The notes under the pieces: generated by a model
Seen by the model: the letters and a program-made list of their open reading frames with translations, nothing else
Told to the model about the DNA's origin: nothing
Databases searched by the model: none
Assembly: GCA_028865725.1 (NCBI GenBank)
Contig: JAGWJP010000003.1
Location: forward strand, 1,697-65,696
Length of the DNA: 64,000 nucleotides
Direction: 5' to 3'
DNA from: Patescibacteria group bacterium
Lineage (GTDB): Bacteria; Patescibacteriota; Minisyncoccia; UBA6257; JACRHW01
Translations under genes and position numbers: made by a program
Shown here: piece by piece, positions 49,285 through 58,255 of the stretch
Position numbering within the stretch: position 1 is the first letter of the stretch
Layout of the letters: the number at the start of each line of letters is the position of its first letter

Positions 49285-51666
49285 ATGTTCTCATTATCTC
49301 CACAATCCACATTCCGTCGTCTTTCCAAGCTCATTGGGGTACTGCTTGTTGTTGGCATTCTTCTTGTAAGTTCGCCCGCAAATTCATTTGCTCAAGGCGT
49401 TCTTGATAATAATCTTCCCACCCCATCAAGCAGTACCTCCTCTCTGGGTCCGGGGCATATCATAACGACAGACGTAGGGGCAACTACCATTGGATCTTCC
49501 GCCGTCCCCGCAGGGGGAAGTGTCGGTTTGCCTGCAGGCCCCGCGGGAGGAAGTGTTGATAGTACCGCAAATACGCCCTCATCAGCCGTGCCCTGCCCCG
49601 CGAACGGTCCGAGTGTAGTAGGAAAGGGTGCTTTTAGCCTTACAAATATCGGGCTTGACTTGCAAATGGTATTCGGGATGATACTCGTTGTCGGGACAAA
49701 TATATGGCTCTGGGTGCTTTATATGACGGCAACCTACATGAACCTGTTTGCCCAATACAACCCTGTCCACGAGCTTCACGCACTCGTAGAGATCTGGATG
49801 GTGCTGCGCGATTTTGTAAACATCGGGTTTGTAGTAGCCATGATCGTAATCGCGGTCGAAACGATGCTCGGGTTCACCACCTACACTTCACGTAACGCTC
49901 TCTTTACGCTTATTGTGGGCGCACTTCTCATTAACTTTAGCTTGGTGTTTATCAGCTTTTTTCTCGATCTTAATTCAGTGGGCACCTCATTTATGCTCGC
50001 GCAAATTAGCGGCAAAGGTCAATCATTTTCTCAAATCATCTACAATGGCGCGGGCGTTCAGCTCCAAACCACCCCGTCGCCGGGAAGCGGATGTCCCCCC
50101 GTAACTCAAGCCGAGGTAGACCTACAGAATTTAGGCGCATTAATGCACCTTGGAATGAGTGAGTTTACTATCATGATTATTACGCTTGTACTCCTCACTA
50201 TTTTTTGCGCATTTATCTTCCGTCTCGGCCACATCGCCGCGCTTGCGGTGACCTCGCCCTTTATTTGGATTGCGAATATATTTAACAATACAAAAAAAGA
50301 GTGGACGAAGTGGTGGTCTGAGTTCATCAAATGGTGTTTTATGCCCACCATCTCGCTCTTTTATATCTACCTCGCACTCACCGTCTATGCGGGCATAGGC
50401 GCATCGAAAACCGGAGGAATAGGCTTTCTTGACCAAGGAGCCAGCGGCACTGTGAACGCCTTTATGGGCATGGCGCTTACGAGCATCGTCCTCGGAATGC
50501 TTCTCATGACAGCAATTAAAGTAGCGTGGGTAAACTCCGGTGCGTTCGCGGAGCTCATGATGGCCGTCGCTGCCGTCGCCACGAACGGCATGACTGGCGC
50601 GCTTGGAACTGCAGTAAAAGGACTTGCCGGTGGGGCCCTCAAAGGAGCAGGAAAAGCCGCACTGAAGAGTGCGACAGAAGGAAAAGTTATTTCAAAAGTG
50701 CCTCTCATCCGCAGAGGAGTCGCTGGGATTGGTGAATCTGCCCTAGGGACAGGGGAAAAGTTCACAAAAGAGGTTCGGGAAAAGGCAGAAAAACGCGTCA
50801 AAGAAAAATCAAAGGAAAGGCTGGCATTTGATGCTGCCGAAGCACTTCGCACGGGCGCGCAGCAAAATATCATGGGAGCGGTTCAAAAAGCAGAAGCAGG
50901 GTTAGGAATAGGCAAGCTGCTGGCGGAAGATCCTCAGTTCAAGCTTAAAAATAAAGACGAGCTCAAACGCGCACATGATCTCATGAAAGCGGCGGGGAAC
51001 GAGGATGTATTCTTCAAAAATATTGGGAAAATGGATAGGGGTATTGCGAATGACTATGCAAAATCTCTCACAAAAGATGAAGATAGCCAAATGAAACTCG
51101 CGGAAAACCTTGCTACAAGCAAAAAACTCGACTCTGCCACTGCCGACGCAATGAGTATGAATGATCCTGCTACCAATAAACGCCTACAAACTCAATATCC
51201 AGAGGCGTATAAAAAAATTGTGGGTACAAATGTCATGTACGCGGAAAACGTGGTAAGCGCGGCAACCCCTAAAGATAAAGTAGCTGCTGCTTCAGCCAAT
51301 CTTTCGCGAATGAACAAGCAGGAGGCGGGCCAAGTAGATATGGATGACCTTTCGCACAATTCTGAAGGATTGGAAGCACTTACTAAATCACAAAGTCCAC
51401 AAGTCATCACAGAATATATACAACAAGGAAAAGAAAACAGCCAAATAGAAAGGCTCCATGCGCTGCGAGGAAACCTTCTGGGACAAATGGTGGCATCCGG
51501 TTTTCATGGCGACATAAAAACATTCGTAAAAACACATCCCGAGCTCCTGAAGCTGCACAAAACATTGAAAAATGAGAATACCAAGAAACTTATTACCTAT
51601 GCGGCTGGAAAAGCCTCAGCGGCGGGAAAACCTTCGAATAGGGATCTGCGAGAACTTTTACTATAA
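49285..51666 (+). CDS. VirB6/TrbL-like polytopic membrane protein with charged C-terminal extension
   Basis: signal peptide then >=6 TM helices in residues ~120-420, K/E-rich tail; size and topology like Gram-positive VirB6 homologues. Confidence 0.45.
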   Translation: MFSLSPQSTFRRLSKLIGVLLVVGILLVSSPANSFAQGVLDNNLPTPSSSTSSLGPGHIITTDVGATTIGSSAVPAGGSVGLPAGPAGGSVDSTANTPSSAVPCPANGPSVVGKGAFSLTNIGLDLQMVFGMILVVGTNIWLWVLYMTATYMNLFAQYNPVHELHALVEIWMVLRDFVNIGFVVAMIVIAVETMLGFTTYTSRNALFTLIVGALLINFSLVFISFFLDLNSVGTSFMLAQISGKGQSFSQIIYNGAGVQLQTTPSPGSGCPPVTQAEVDLQNLGALMHLGMSEFTIMIITLVLLTIFCAFIFRLGHIAALAVTSPFIWIANIFNNTKKEWTKWWSEFIKWCFMPTISLFYIYLALTVYAGIGASKTGGIGFLDQGASGTVNAFMGMALTSIVLGMLLMTAIKVAWVNSGAFAELMMAVAAVATNGMTGALGTAVKGLAGGALKGAGKAALKSATEGKVISKVPLIRRGVAGIGESALGTGEKFTKEVREKAEKRVKEKSKERLAFDAAEALRTGAQQNIMGAVQKAEAGLGIGKLLAEDPQFKLKNKDELKRAHDLMKAAGNEDVFFKNIGKMDRGIANDYAKSLTKDEDSQMKLAENLATSKKLDSATADAMSMNDPATNKRLQTQYPEAYKKIVGTNVMYAENVVSAATPKDKVAAASANLSRMNKQEAGQVDMDDLSHNSEGLEALTKSQSPQVITEYIQQGKENSQIERLHALRGNLLGQMVASGFHGDIKTFVKTHPELLKLHKTLKNENTKKLITYAAGKASAAGKPSNRDLRELLL

Positions 51667-51668
51667 AA

Positions 51669-53510
51669 ATGAACACAAGCATAACTTCACAACAGTACTT
51701 TGAACGGCTCGATATGCTCCCCGAAGACTTGAGAGACGCGTATTTTAGTCCGGACACTGAATCCATTATTGAAAAGGCAACGGAGGTAAACAACCTCACG
51801 CCCGAACAACTCAGTCTTGTCAAAGAAAATTCAGGATGGGTACTTCTTGGCTTTCTTCACCCCGATCATCTCGCAGAGATTTTAATACAGGACGCGGGAG
51901 TAAACCAAGCAACCGCTGTGATGATCGGACGGGAACTCAACCGCGATCTGTTTTTGCCGCACAAGAAATCTTTAACAGAAGTTCTCGTTACCTACCCACC
52001 CAAAAAAGAGTGGTTTGCAAATCTAGAAGGTAGAAAACAGAATATAGAAAATAACGAGGCCACACTCCCGAAAAATGATTCCATCATCCAGCGGCAAGCA
52101 CCCGCGCTGACACCGCCTACTCCAACGGCACCGCGTCCTATCGCGCCTCTCTCGCATCGGCTTACCCAGCCCACCCCTGTATTGCGTTCCGCGCAGCCTA
52201 TCACGCCGCCTCCCGCATCGACGCTTCCACCCCCTCCATCAACCTCGGCTCCTACCGCTTTGCACACGATCACCCCGCCACCTCTTGCCTCCGTAAGCCC
52301 CTCGGGGCTTCGCCCCGCGCTTCTTGAGGTCCAACCCCATGAAACAGATCAGACAACGACGGGTGTGCATAATCCCGTACCGCACGAAGAGGCAGAAGTA
52401 CGCACCGGCATGCCGTCTTCTGTGGCACCACAAAAACCACTCGCACAACCTTCCCTTGCTACACCAAGAAGAGTAGAACCCCAGCCAGATGCACGCCCAC
52501 ATACCACAGAACCACAAACCCCATGGACTCCGGCCCCGCTCCACTTCGATGCGCCTTCTGCCACCACTCCGCGGAGCGGATCTCCTGTACCCCCAAAAAC
52601 CTCTCCCTCTGTTCCCTTAACGCCACAGGCACCTCATACCATCTTTAAATACGGACCCCCCTCTCCACCACCCATTGTCGCAATTCCAAAAAACCAGCCG
52701 AATCCTTCCGTGCCACCCCTGCCCACACCTCGGCCTACCCCCGCAAGCCAACCTTCATCACCCCGTCCTTCTGCGCCGGCTCCTTTGGCACAATCCCGTC
52801 CCTTCACGCCCCCCTCAAAACCGGCAACGCCTCCCGCTCGCCCGAAACCCACAATGAATGGCGCTCCAGCATCACCCGTATCAAAAAATATTCCTGCCCG
52901 CGACACCGAGCCCTTGAATAACCCATCCGCCAATCCACGCATCGTCCAGCCTGCCCCAAAAGCACCGGAGCAAACTCAAAAACCGACCATGCCGAGCACG
53001 CCGTCGCCCTTGTCCCAGAACACCATGCCCCCACTTGCAACAAACACCCCGCCAGCGAACCCTTCCCCCAAGAATCATGCGATACCCGAAAAACAAGGAA
53101 ACAAACCCGAGGCTCAACTCATGGACTTATATCTCAAAAAACACGTCGGCGACGCGCAGACAGACTACCGAAAACCGACCGCGGAAAACAAGCAAACAGG
53201 AAGCGGGCAGATAGCAAATCGACGAGCGACCACCGGCTCGCAAACGGACGACAAACTACTGACCACAGAGAGCAAATCCCCGAAAAATGACAATGTCGCC
53301 CAGCGGCAGGCACCGAACGGGGATGGCGTTAAATCGGAGCAAGTGCAAAAAAATAATTCAATAAATGCAGCACGAGTCCCTTCGGCAAACTCAAAGCAGG
53401 CTTCCTCAACCACGCTCACCGATCCTCAGGTAATAGACCTTGAGGAATATAGTAAAACTCACAGAGGAAATGTGTTAAACTTAAAACAGGACGAAGAAAA
53501 TAGTAAATAG
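51669..53510 (+). CDS. protein with globular N-domain and ~450-aa Pro/Thr/Ser-rich low-complexity region
   Basis: 613 aa; PxxP-rich repeats. Confidence 0.4.
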   Translation: MNTSITSQQYFERLDMLPEDLRDAYFSPDTESIIEKATEVNNLTPEQLSLVKENSGWVLLGFLHPDHLAEILIQDAGVNQATAVMIGRELNRDLFLPHKKSLTEVLVTYPPKKEWFANLEGRKQNIENNEATLPKNDSIIQRQAPALTPPTPTAPRPIAPLSHRLTQPTPVLRSAQPITPPPASTLPPPPSTSAPTALHTITPPPLASVSPSGLRPALLEVQPHETDQTTTGVHNPVPHEEAEVRTGMPSSVAPQKPLAQPSLATPRRVEPQPDARPHTTEPQTPWTPAPLHFDAPSATTPRSGSPVPPKTSPSVPLTPQAPHTIFKYGPPSPPPIVAIPKNQPNPSVPPLPTPRPTPASQPSSPRPSAPAPLAQSRPFTPPSKPATPPARPKPTMNGAPASPVSKNIPARDTEPLNNPSANPRIVQPAPKAPEQTQKPTMPSTPSPLSQNTMPPLATNTPPANPSPKNHAIPEKQGNKPEAQLMDLYLKKHVGDAQTDYRKPTAENKQTGSGQIANRRATTGSQTDDKLLTTESKSPKNDNVAQRQAPNGDGVKSEQVQKNNSINAARVPSANSKQASSTTLTDPQVIDLEEYSKTHRGNVLNLKQDEENSK

Positions 53511-53514
53511 AAAA
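53496..53514. repeat. inverted copy of the AT-rich cluster motif (gaaaatagtaaatagaaaac)
   Basis: reverse complement gttttctatttactattttc ~ gttttctaatttctactttc at 54063. Confidence 0.5.
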
Positions 53515-53547
53515 CAAAAAATAGGTGGTGGTAACTACAAACTCATA

Positions 53548-53581
53548 TTATTCTAAATTCTATTTTCTACTTTCTAACACT
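53548..53581 (+). repeat. AT-rich cluster motif, forward copy (ttctaaattctattttctactttctaacact) immediately before ATG 53582
   Basis: shared core TTCTAWTTTCTACWTTCTAA with 54063, 54807, 56693. Confidence 0.55.
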
Positions 53582-53989
53582 ATGCAGGCAATGGTTCCAC
53601 AATTTATTGATGTAGAAGATCGCATCACCCCGCTTCTCACGATTAAGCAGTTTTTTTATTTAATAGCGGCGGGCGCGTGTTCGGCGATCCTCTACCCATT
53701 TTTGCAAACGATGCCATGGCTCGTACTTACTGCCCTTATATTAGGACTTGGAGCCGCATTCGGCTTTTTAAAAATTAACGGGCGCCCCTTTTCCGTAATG
53801 CTCTATATCGCTGCTAAATTTTTCTGGAACCCGCATCTTTATATGTTCCAGAAAAACATCACACGCGTGGAAATTTCCACGCCACAAGAACCTGTTCATG
53901 CGGAGAAAAAACGGGAACCTGAACGTGTTTCTTCGGAACGTCTCGAACAAATTTCACGCCTCCTCGATTCTAAAGGGGATTATAAGTAA
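53582..53989 (+). CDS. VirB3/PrgI-like small membrane protein
   Basis: ~135 aa, two adjacent TM helices after a short N-terminal segment, directly upstream of VirB4; ORF opens 53525 through the repeat. Confidence 0.45.
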   Translation: MQAMVPQFIDVEDRITPLLTIKQFFYLIAAGACSAILYPFLQTMPWLVLTALILGLGAAFGFLKINGRPFSVMLYIAAKFFWNPHLYMFQKNITRVEISTPQEPVHAEKKREPERVSSERLEQISRLLDSKGDYK

Positions 53990-54011
53990 GAAAATAGAAT
54001 GTAGAAATTAC
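53990..54011. repeat. inverted copy of cluster motif (gaaaatagaatgtagaaattac)
   Basis: gtagaaatta can pair with taatttctac at 54069-54078 (10-bp stem, ~57-nt loop). Confidence 0.5.
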
Positions 54012-54060
54012 AAAAGAGAACGCACAAAAACACTAACAGTTCTCCAAACAATTATAAACT

Positions 54061-54090
54061 CTGTTTTCTAATTTCTACTTTCTAAAAAAT
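54061..54090 (+). repeat. forward copy of cluster motif (ctgttttctaatttctactttctaaaaaat) before ATG 54091
   Basis: see above. Confidence 0.55.
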
Positions 54091-54735
54091 ATGGCTCAAG
54101 AATCTCAACCTACTCAACGCATCATCGATATTGAAACGATCCGAGATGGAACCGTTATCCTTAAAAACGGCGGGCTCCGCGCCGTAGTTATGGTACGCGG
54201 CATTAATGTTTATCTGAAGACGGAAAACGAACAAAATTCAATCATTAGCGCATTCCAGGAATTTTTGAACGGATTGGATTTTCCTATTGAAATCATCATT
54301 CATTCCCGCCGTCTCAATATCTTGGGGTATCTAGAAAAAATAAACGCGCGCAAAGAACAAGAAACTAATGACCTTCTCCGCACTCAAATAGATGAGTATC
54401 TTGCCTACATACGGGACCTCACCTCATCATCCACGATCATGTCAAAACGTTTTTACGTAGTTGTTTCGTACGATATGATTGCGCTTCCCGCACGCAAAGG
54501 AGGATTATTCCCACGTGCATCTCAAAACACATCGGCACTTCCTACTGATTTTGAAACTCAAAAATATCAGCTTGATCAACGTACTGATGTTATTATAGGG
54601 GGGCTTCAGCGCACGGGAGTCAATGCAGCACGCCTCGGTACCGAAGAGCTCGTCGAACTGTTTTATAATCTCTATAATCCTCAAGAAATAGAAAAGGGCG
54701 GCACCGACATTGCAAAACGACTGTCGTTAATATGA
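54091..54735 (+). CDS. VirB4-family protein, N-terminal fragment
   Basis: IIDIETIRDGTVILKNGGLRAVVMVRGINVYLKTENEQNSIISAFQEFLNGLDFPIEIIIHSRR matches the conserved N-terminal signature of Gram-positive VirB4 homologues (Tn916 Orf16/TrsE type). Confidence 0.55.
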   Translation: MAQESQPTQRIIDIETIRDGTVILKNGGLRAVVMVRGINVYLKTENEQNSIISAFQEFLNGLDFPIEIIIHSRRLNILGYLEKINARKEQETNDLLRTQIDEYLAYIRDLTSSSTIMSKRFYVVVSYDMIALPARKGGLFPRASQNTSALPTDFETQKYQLDQRTDVIIGGLQRTGVNAARLGTEELVELFYNLYNPQEIEKGGTDIAKRLSLI

Positions 54736-54806
54736 CAGTACCTAGAAAGAAGAAAACAGAAAATAAATAACATGAATACATCCCATTCACATTCTCTATT
54801 GTATAG

Positions 54807-54844
54807 TTCTATTTTCTACATTCTATTTTCTACATTCTAATACT
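54807..54844 (+). repeat. tandem duplication of cluster motif (2 x ttctattttctaca + ttctaatact) before ATG 54845
   Basis: 14-nt unit repeated head-to-tail at 54807-54820 and 54821-54834. Confidence 0.6.
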
Positions 54845-56650
54845 ATGGCATTTAATTTTCCTTTCTTTTCAAAGAAAAAAACAGAAGACCAAGACACATT
54901 TGGCCCTCTTCCTTCGCAGTATAAATTTGCAACGGATACGCTCCAAGACCTCTTGGCACCTCCGGGAATAGAAGCAACCAATGATTACTTGAAAATTGGA
55001 TCACTGTATACCAAAACGTTATTCCTGTTTTCATATCCCAATGTTCTTTCAAGCGGATGGTTTTCTTCGGTCATTAATATCGAAAAAAGCTTTGATATCG
55101 CCATTTACCTCGACCCCATGGACACCGCTACCGCGCTAAAAAATTTGAGAAAAAAAGTGGCGCAAATTGAAAGCCAATTGATGGAACAGCAGGAAAAGGG
55201 CCTCGTACGCGACCCTCTTCTCGAAGCATCTTACAAAAATATCGAAGGATTGCGCGATAGTCTTCAACAAGCAGAAGAAAAATTATTTAACCTTGGTATT
55301 TATATCACGATCTACGCTACGGACACATCCGAACTCCAGAAGTACGAATCCGAAGTAGCAGGATTGCTTGAGGGACGGATGATTTATATTAAGCCAACTC
55401 TCTTTGAGCATCTTGAAGGATTCCAAACTACTCTCCCGCTCGTATCCGACAAAGTACAGGTTTATACCCCTTTCGATACTGTTCCCATTTCGACACTATT
55501 TCCATTTGACTCCGCAGAACTTACCTCTGATGACGGGATTTTATACGGGGTCAACATGCACAATAACAGTCTCATTATTTTTGACCGCTTTTCTCTTGAA
55601 AACGCGAACATGGTTATATTTGCAAAGTCGGGATCCGGAAAATCTTTCTTCACTAAGCTGGAAATCCTCCGCAGTCTTATGATGGGAACCGACATTCTTA
55701 TCATTGACCCCGAAAATGAATACCAAGCTCTTTCCGAGGCAATCGGAGGAGGATATTTCCGTATTTCACTCTCTTCAGAACACCGTATCAACCCCTTTGA
55801 TCTTCCTCCCATTCCTCCCGACGAATCTCCATCCGATGTTTTACGTTCTCACATCCTCATGCTTACAGGACTTATTAAAATCATGGTGGGGGAGATTACT
55901 CCTACGGAGGAGGCCCTCATCGATCAAGCGCTTCTCGAAACATATGCCTCTCGAGAAATCGTGCCCGATTCTAACTTTACAGGAAAAACACCGCCCCTGC
56001 TCTCCGATCTCCAGACGGTTCTTGAAAGCATAGAAGGGGGGGCGGATCTTGCAAAGCGTCTCGAAAAATATACAAAAGGAACCTATGCGGGCTTTTTAAA
56101 CAGTCCGTCCAATGTACAAATCAGAAACCGTCTCACGGTATTTAACATCCGTGACCTCGAAGAAGAACTCCGTCCTATCGCCATGTATATGATCCTAAAC
56201 TTTATGTGGAGCCTGATTCGCGCGGAATTTAGAAAGCGCCTTCTTATCGTTGACGAGGCATGGGTACTCATGAAATACGAGGATGGGGCAAACTTTTTGT
56301 TTGGTATGGCAAAACGAGGCAGGAAGTATTTCCTTGGCATCACGACCATTACGCAGGATATTGACGACTTTCTGCGTTCGCCCTATGGACGCCCCATTGT
56401 CACAAACTCCTCGTTACAATTATTGCTCAAACAATCTCCCGCAACGATTGATATTATAGGAACCACATTCAACCTTACGGAAGCAGAAAAGATGATCCTC
56501 CTCGAAGCAAATGTGGGGGAGGGGATCTTTTTTGCGGGATTACGCCACGCCGCCATTCATGTCATCGCCTCTTACACCGAAGGTAAGCTTGCTTCTACAA
56601 AACCACAGGAATTACTTGCAAGAATGGAAGGAAAAACAGAAACGCAGTAA
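54845..56650 (+). CDS. VirB4-family ATPase, C-terminal part (ATPase domain)
   Basis: DYLKIGSLYTKTLFLFSYP N-domain continuation; Walker A AKSGSGKSF; Walker B LLIVDEAW; 601 aa. Confidence 0.8.
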   Translation: MAFNFPFFSKKKTEDQDTFGPLPSQYKFATDTLQDLLAPPGIEATNDYLKIGSLYTKTLFLFSYPNVLSSGWFSSVINIEKSFDIAIYLDPMDTATALKNLRKKVAQIESQLMEQQEKGLVRDPLLEASYKNIEGLRDSLQQAEEKLFNLGIYITIYATDTSELQKYESEVAGLLEGRMIYIKPTLFEHLEGFQTTLPLVSDKVQVYTPFDTVPISTLFPFDSAELTSDDGILYGVNMHNNSLIIFDRFSLENANMVIFAKSGSGKSFFTKLEILRSLMMGTDILIIDPENEYQALSEAIGGGYFRISLSSEHRINPFDLPPIPPDESPSDVLRSHILMLTGLIKIMVGEITPTEEALIDQALLETYASREIVPDSNFTGKTPPLLSDLQTVLESIEGGADLAKRLEKYTKGTYAGFLNSPSNVQIRNRLTVFNIRDLEEELRPIAMYMILNFMWSLIRAEFRKRLLIVDEAWVLMKYEDGANFLFGMAKRGRKYFLGITTITQDIDDFLRSPYGRPIVTNSSLQLLLKQSPATIDIIGTTFNLTEAEKMILLEANVGEGIFFAGLRHAAIHVIASYTEGKLASTKPQELLARMEGKTETQ

Positions 56651-56711
56651 GTAGAAATAGGAAAGGAGATGCGGAGTCTTAAATTTTGTTTACTACTTTC
56701 TATTTTCTCGT
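56651..56711. repeat. inverted (gtagaaatagga) and forward (ctttctattttctcgt) cluster motif copies flanking intergenic region
   Basis: same motif family as 53990/54061. Confidence 0.45.
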
Positions 56712-57413
56712 ATGTCTCGTGGTATAATAACAGTAATGCGTCAATTCCTACTTTTTGTATTTGCCGTGTTGTTTGCCGCCATACCCGTTTCATATGCGGC
56801 GAGTTCTCATTTTCTTACATGGAAAACAAATACCTATGTTCCTCAGGAGTTTTGGGGCAAACCGCTTCCTATAAAAGGATCGGCCGTCACGCTCAGCGTG
56901 CAATCCCTCGACCCTCAAGAATCGTTTTCAAACATACCGATAACATGGTATGTCGACAACATCATAATTGCACAAGGTAATGGCCTCTCCACCACCCCCT
57001 ATACGGTAACAGAAGGTCCCGGACTGTATGTCATCAAAGCATTTTTGCGCCTTCCTGACGGTACTCCTGAAACCCTCACCGCTCCCCTCAAAGTAGTCGC
57101 TCCGTTCGTGTCGCTTGTAGAACAACATGCGGCTACTGTGAATCATCAGATCTCTACCGCAAACACCGAGCTTCGCTTTCACGCCATTCCACTCTTTTAC
57201 AACACATCGTCCCTCCTTGGCCTTGCTTTCACGTGGGGAGTGGGGGATGTAACAAGCGAAGACCAAAATCCTCAAAATCCCGATTACGCATCCATTACTT
57301 TTCCAGAAGGAGCATCGTCCGGATCGCGCGGTACCGTCACAGTTAGCGTGACAAATATTGCGCATCCTGATGAACATGCTTCACAGTATACTACTGTAAT
57401 CACTCCCCAATAA
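56712..57413 (+). CDS. secreted hypothetical protein
   Basis: signal peptide MRQFLLFVFAVLFAAIPVSYAASS (alt start 56736); 233 aa. Confidence 0.4.
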   Translation: MSRGIITVMRQFLLFVFAVLFAAIPVSYAASSHFLTWKTNTYVPQEFWGKPLPIKGSAVTLSVQSLDPQESFSNIPITWYVDNIIIAQGNGLSTTPYTVTEGPGLYVIKAFLRLPDGTPETLTAPLKVVAPFVSLVEQHAATVNHQISTANTELRFHAIPLFYNTSSLLGLAFTWGVGDVTSEDQNPQNPDYASITFPEGASSGSRGTVTVSVTNIAHPDEHASQYTTVITPQ

Positions 57414-57427
57414 TACACCGGCTACCT

Positions 57428-58243
57428 ATGAAACGACTCTCTTTCGCCATTCTATTACTACTTGTCACCATGTTTCTTGGTGCGGGAATATTCTCGCTCG
57501 TATCCGCTGCTCCGCCGCCTGGTGATGTGACGCTCTCAGCGGGTCTCCCGGGGACTGGAAACACGCAAGAAATTAAACCCGGGGAAACCATACACGTCCA
57601 AACACTTGACCAACTTACAAATTATCTAAGCACGCTTATTCGTTTTCTGTTCGGACTTGCCGCGGTACTGGCTGTCGTCTCTATCGCATGGGCAGGTCTC
57701 CAATATATGGCAGCGGGGGCAAGTATTGGTAATATGCGCGCCGCAACCGATCGTATTCGCAACGTGATCTTTGGACTCGTTCTGCTCCTTACCGGGTTTT
57801 TAATCCTCCGCACCATCAATCCCAAAATTCTCAGCGGTCTTCCTGGAGAAGAAAAACTCCCTTTTCTCCCGATCATCAACGCGCCACAAGTTCAAACACA
57901 GGAAGTAACAATGAAAGTAATTAACCAAACAAAAGCAATCAAAAATACTAATGTCGACACTTATGTCCAACAGCGATTAACCGACAATGGCGGAAACCAA
58001 ACAAAAGCAATCAGCGCAACAACACAAATACTAAGTGAAATACGAGTGAGGATAGCTAAAGAGAACGAGGAGTTGAACAACTTAAAAAACCAAATCAATA
58101 CAACATCTGATCCAACCACCAAAGCTCAATTGGAATCATCTTATGGAGAATCCAGAGGAAATTTGCAACGAGATCAGGCAAGCTTGGCTCGAGAGCAAAA
58201 GACACTTCAAGTATTACAATCACAGTCAAACACGACACCTTAG
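57428..58243 (+). CDS. VirB2/TrbC-type pilin-like protein
   Basis: signal peptide, then two hydrophobic helices (LSTLIRFLFGLAAVLAVVSIAWAGLQYMAAGAS ; VIFGLVLLLTGFLILRTI) separated by a short basic loop, plus Q/N/T-rich tail. Confidence 0.45.
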   Translation: MKRLSFAILLLLVTMFLGAGIFSLVSAAPPPGDVTLSAGLPGTGNTQEIKPGETIHVQTLDQLTNYLSTLIRFLFGLAAVLAVVSIAWAGLQYMAAGASIGNMRAATDRIRNVIFGLVLLLTGFLILRTINPKILSGLPGEEKLPFLPIINAPQVQTQEVTMKVINQTKAIKNTNVDTYVQQRLTDNGGNQTKAISATTQILSEIRVRIAKENEELNNLKNQINTTSDPTTKAQLESSYGESRGNLQRDQASLAREQKTLQVLQSQSNTTP

Positions 58244-58255
58244 CAAAACAAGTAC

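Noticed and set aside
56661-56980. GGAAAGGAG followed directly by ATG 56670 (103-aa ORF 56669-56980)
   Set aside because: Zero spacing between SD-like sequence and ATG, and the ORF is out of frame with and overlaps the signal-peptide-bearing 56712 ORF; the GGAG is more likely part of the inverted motif/linker
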